Of a DNA stretch of 64,000 nt, positions 59,741 through 64,000 are shown in pieces (position 1 is the stretch's first letter; each line of letters starts with the position of its first letter). Under the pieces are notes generated by a model, which was not told the DNA's origin, ran no database searches, and saw only the letters and a program-made list of their open reading frames with translations. The stretch spans positions 523,693 through 587,692 of the forward strand of contig NIVC01000181.1 of the NCBI GenBank assembly GCA_002269645.1. Reading direction: 5' to 3'. The translations under genes and the position numbers were made by a program. The stretch comes from Macrostomum lignano. Taxonomy: Eukaryota.

Positions 59741-61500
59741 CAGTAGAAAGACCATGGGGTGTATTTCAAATACACACATTTTTCCTTTGTCTGGATCTCC
59801 AAAAATTTTTCAAACAATTGCCATGAAAATCCAGAACACGGTCTAAAATTTTCCGCTCTATGCGATGAAGCAACTTCGAGAATCACGAAAAATCGGCATC
59901 GTCGAGATATTCAACAAAAACCACCAACATTGAGAAAAATTTTCTTGCTCACAAAATCTCCTCATGAAACCACGTCGGCTCAGCAAATTATGCATATCAG
60001 TTGCAAAAACTTTTTCTCTCAGAATCCCAGGCACCAGGGTCCCCTTCATCAACGTCTGGAGCATCGGCGGCGACCGTCGGGACCTTCAACAAAAGCACCC
60101 GATCGGCATCTCAGAGACGGCTGCGTTCCCAAAACTGAAATGGAAGAATCCTCTTCTGCATGCAGCATTCAGTCAGTAGACAATCGGTGAATGAAATGGA
60201 CGATGGCGACCCTCTAGGCTGACCTGTAGACATACAGGCGACCTTCGGGACCTTCAACGGATTGCCACCACGCGGCCCTGACGAGCTGGCACCCCCAACA
60301 TCGTAATGTTTCTATCAAGGCACCAAACCAGGCATGTTTGCATATTATACAATGGTCCTGCACTATGTTCAACATTCAGCTCTGCCTGGACGACTTTCGG
60401 GACCTTCAATGGAGTGCTACCACGCGGCCCTGACGAGCGGGCACCCCAACATCGTGATTTTTCTATCAAGGCACCAAACCAAGCATGTTAGGGTATTATG
60501 CAATGCTTTTCCACTATGTTAAATTGGAGAGTTGCAGATTTAACTGGCGACTGAAAGTCTATAATTATAATCCCGTCATAAAACACACGCGTCTGCGTCC
60601 CACAATGAAATCAATACATCCCCGTAGGCACAATATATAAGTAATCACAGAACTTTCAGAGCAGCCATCGCGAAGCCCTCAGGCTCGGCAATCAAGAAAG
60701 AATAACCGCCCGGAAGAAAGGGAGGCACAGCGATGCGAGGTATTGCACTGTTACAAAAACCAGCACATCTTCAGTTCTTCAGTCTTTCCATCACAAATTT
60801 CCGGAATCATACTAAAATCGTATTCATAAACCGGTTGCGTTCTTACACAATGGCAGTCACTGAGGCGCAACTGTTGCACAGATATCTCACAAAAAATGGA
60901 GCCACAGACAACGACGCCAAGGGCTTCATTTCCTGGTGCGAGCGCTACAGAAATTGCAACAGCAAAGCTGGCAGACATGATGCCTGTATGTCTACAGGTC
61001 AGCCTAGAGGGTCGCCATCGTCCATTTCATCCACCGATTGTGTCTACTGACCGAAGAGGGTTCTTCCATTTCAGTTTTGGGAACGCAGCCGTCTCTGATG
61101 TCGGGTCGGGTGCTTTTGTTGAAGGTCCCGACGGTCGCCGCCGTCCAGACGTTGATGAAGGGGACCCTGGTGCCTGGGATGCTGAGAGCAAAAGTCTCTA
61201 CGACAGATGGACCCAGATTATTGAGCCAATATGGATTCACCATAAAGGTTGATAAAGTGTAGTGTTGGTTGTCGTTGCCACCAGTGTCTTCGACAAGAAT
61301 CGTTGAATATCTCGTCGATGCTGACGTCGGATGACTTTGAAAGTTAGTTCGTCGGAAAGGGGGGGATTTTGATCCATATGGTTGACTTTTACGAAAATCG
61401 GTAATTCGGTTTGCGAGCTATCGTGAAATAGGTCGTGTGTATTTGTAATACACCCCCGTGGTCTTTACCCATGGGGAAAAATAGCGTGGTCTTTCTACTG
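59741..61500. mobile_element. Non-autonomous DNA transposon with ~500-bp imperfect TIRs, CAG termini and TTAA target duplication (Sola3-like)
   Basis: TTAA|CAGTAGAAAGACCA at 59737-59754 and TGGTCTTTCTACTG|TTAA at 61487-61504. Arm 59741-~60238 is inverted-homologous to ~60985-61500. Internal ~152-bp tandem duplication at 60244-60530. The superfamily assignment is inference. Confidence 0.75.
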
Positions 61501-62491
61501 TTAAGAGATTTGTACTAAACACTCTTGATCCCTGTAGTGAGTAAACTCCTTGAGGTGCTGCCAGATGGACTTGGTATTAGAAGAGTCTCTGTCTCTCAGC
61601 AGGATCGGCGAACGATAAACAATATACACTGACAACGAAGCTTGGAAGCAACCAGTGGGGTAGCTGACAATTGGCGTGAGACTGCCAGAAATTTAATAGT
61701 CAAGTGTGTCCAATCTGATTGGGTTCAAGCTGTTTAAGAGACTAGGAGGCAGCAAACGGTGATTGTCAACCAGAGAATAGCCTCACACTGGCAATAGTCG
61801 CTACACGAGAAAAATTTAAGGGCTTGTGCTAGGCATATTGATTCTCGATTGACTAGAAAGCGGGGTGGACGTACGGGCGTTAGCGAAAAGTGGTAATGAC
61901 TTGCAATGTACGATTTAACAACTCAGAATACGGAAAGTTAGAAAAGTGGCGCGACACGAAGACGGCAGGTGGAATAGGCGATTTTGAGTGAGAAATACTT
62001 TTTTCTTTAAACCATATCTCCCTTCTTGGCTTGAGCACATGCCTACAAAAACAAAGAGCACATCGAAAAAAGCTCCTAACGTTTGAAACATTAAAATTAG
62101 AAGCGAGTGCCTTTCATGAACAAAATTGAATCGCTGGGATATAATATTTCCGAACAAATCACGGAGAATAAAATTAGGATTGAATGATCGGTGAAGTAAA
62201 TGGAGTACATGGCGGTGCGGTGGATATATTTGCACTGAGAAAACCGTAGAGCTGTACTCGTTTCATTGCTCAGGCGTCAACAAGCAAACAAACGCTACAT
62301 GATATTCGCTTAAAGCAATGCCTGTCTCTGCTCACGCGAAAGCCTTCAGCTCAAACAACGCCGCTCGACGGACCGGAAACACGTGCCGATCCGATGTTTA
62401 TAAATTCGTAGTTCCCGACTGCTCAAAGCAACAAGCTCAGACTCGACTCAATCTACACACAGCTCGAAGAATCGACTCGACTCAAGCAATC

Positions 62492-62674
62492 ATGAAGTGG
62501 CAACTGGTTCTCGGACTTCTGGTTTTCGCAGCCCTGGTCGTTGTCGAGCCCTCGGAGGCCAAGGCCGAAAGCGAGTCGAAGGAGGATCCGTCCGACTCGG
62601 ACGATTCCAAGCTGTCGGAGGAGCAGTTCCCGAAGCTGAGGAAGAAGGGCTTCCACGTTCATTTTCATGGTTAG
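62492..62674 (+). CDS. Secreted peptide precursor, 60 aa, copy 2
   Basis: Differs from copy 1 at two residues (L/F in the signal, I/S in the spacer); mature region identical. Confidence 0.75.
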   Translation: MKWQLVLGLLVFAALVVVEPSEAKAESESKEDPSDSDDSKLSEEQFPKLRKKGFHVHFHG

Positions 62675-64000
62675 ATGAGCCACATAGCATATCGAAGTCG
62701 CTTCATCGATCGGAAGATTGACAACCCACAGCTGACCGGACTTTGAACTTGGAATTGCGACCCACCAATTTTGAATGGCAAACAAGAAATCAACGCAGCC
62801 CGTATTCACTGATCAGTTTTAAAAATATAACAACCAGTGCCATCTAAAAAGTCACCCAATGCAACAATACTATTTGTGTTGTTGAGCTTTGTAAATTTTT
62901 TCAAGTTGCCAGTCGTCATGTGGAGGACTTTCAGATAAAAGTTTTTGCATTAAAGTAGTCAGAAAAGTGTTGATGCGATAAGGTACTCATTCGGCACATA
63001 TGGATTATATACTCGTATATTCGTTTTTGCCAAACTTTACCATTTGAAATAAGTTCACAACATAATGGGCGATTGTGCAAATACGCGTATACAATAACAT
63101 TTCCTAACTTTTCCGTTTGCTTTATGAATTCTTGTGACGATTCTTAACTCGTCACAAACAAGTGACTAAAGATGGTAAGCAGCTAACTAACTGTAGAGTT
63201 AACAGAATGTTCTCTTCTTGTTGTGAAAAATCGGTTATCAAATGTGCGAGCTGATTTAGGAAACGTGGAGCCAATTCGATCTATAGAACTATCATGGAGC
63301 TGGTACCCATTTTGTGAGAAATCTCCAAGAGATAGATGTGACAACTTGATGATTGATAACTTAGAGAACTAGTATTGAAGCCCCACACATTGAAGTCAAA
63401 GTAGCGAGAAGGAATGTTGAGCAACTTACTGCTGCCCATTCATGGTTTCCGGATCAGGATGACGACAGGGTGATCAGGATGACGACCGGCCTTTACAACT
63501 GGCCATCGTCATCAAATTTACTAAAGCAAGTTCACAATGCTTTAAATATATTTCTAGACATTAGCTCCTTTTAGCAGTGTGGAGCTTAGCCATACTGTAC
63601 AAAATTCAAGTTCTGAGGCGATTTTCGAGGCTATCAAGGAGACTAGACAGCAGTTCATCCTCGTCTCAGGCCGTCGGGGTTTTTCCTGTAGGTGGGACTT
63701 GGTCGACGTCCATGGTCTCCTCACCCCTCAGCCCCCGACAGATTCTTCAAGCTCCGATGACGGAATGGAGGAGGTTTCTTCATCTTGAGCTTTTCCCTCG
63801 GACCCCACCAAAGTAGCCGAGAAAAGCACGGGCTTCGAACTTCAACTTCCGAACACCCGGCTTTGTTTTCGACACCATTTGGCAGGTTTTGCGCCCTGGG
63901 CCGGGTCACAGCCGTCGCTACGGTCGCCGAACCGCCGCTTGCAGAAGGGCCAAGCACAGCATCGGCTTTGGTATCGGCCAGTGCCTTTCCTTTGGCCTGT

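Noticed and set aside
60270-60450. CTGACGA hammerhead-like starts in the 152-bp duplication
   Set aside because: No stem II followed by GAAA
63577-64000. GC-rich, partly open frames at the window end (EETMDVDQVPP...)
   Set aside because: Multiple stops and shifts with no recognisable motif; possibly a retroelement relic but unsupported

Overview
Eukaryotic (invertebrate animal) genomic DNA. There are no rRNA genes, real tRNA genes or CRISPR arrays. GC-rich, Ala/Gln-rich exons sit among about 38 unrelated micro- and minisatellite arrays, which by my hand tally cover about 21 kb, a third of the window. This architecture suggests a Macrostomum-like flatworm, which is inference only. Reconstructable genes: a claudin/PMP22-like 4-TM gene (+), an SK/KCNN Ca-activated K channel (-), an AFAP1-like double-PH adaptor (+), an MS4A/CD20-like gene with a 1-nt frameshift (+), a Shaw/Kv3 K channel with a GC-AG first intron (-), one SEL1L3-like exon (-), and an inverted pair of small secreted precursors predicted to release an amidated His-rich heptapeptide, GFHVHFH. 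Mobile DNA: an internally deleted Tc1/IS630-type element, a neighbouring MITE, two tRNA-headed SINE copies and a TTAA-flanked long-TIR element. There is also a 1.65-kb mini-Polinton/Maverick-like insert with AGTAGT termini and a 6-bp TSD, carrying decayed virus-like ORFs and a hammerhead-ribozyme-like motif. The most notable items are the mini-Polinton, the peptide gene pair, and tandem arrays whose units are copies of functional junctions (splice donor, stop codon, SINE 5' end). Nearly all long ORFs in the supplied track are repeat artefacts.
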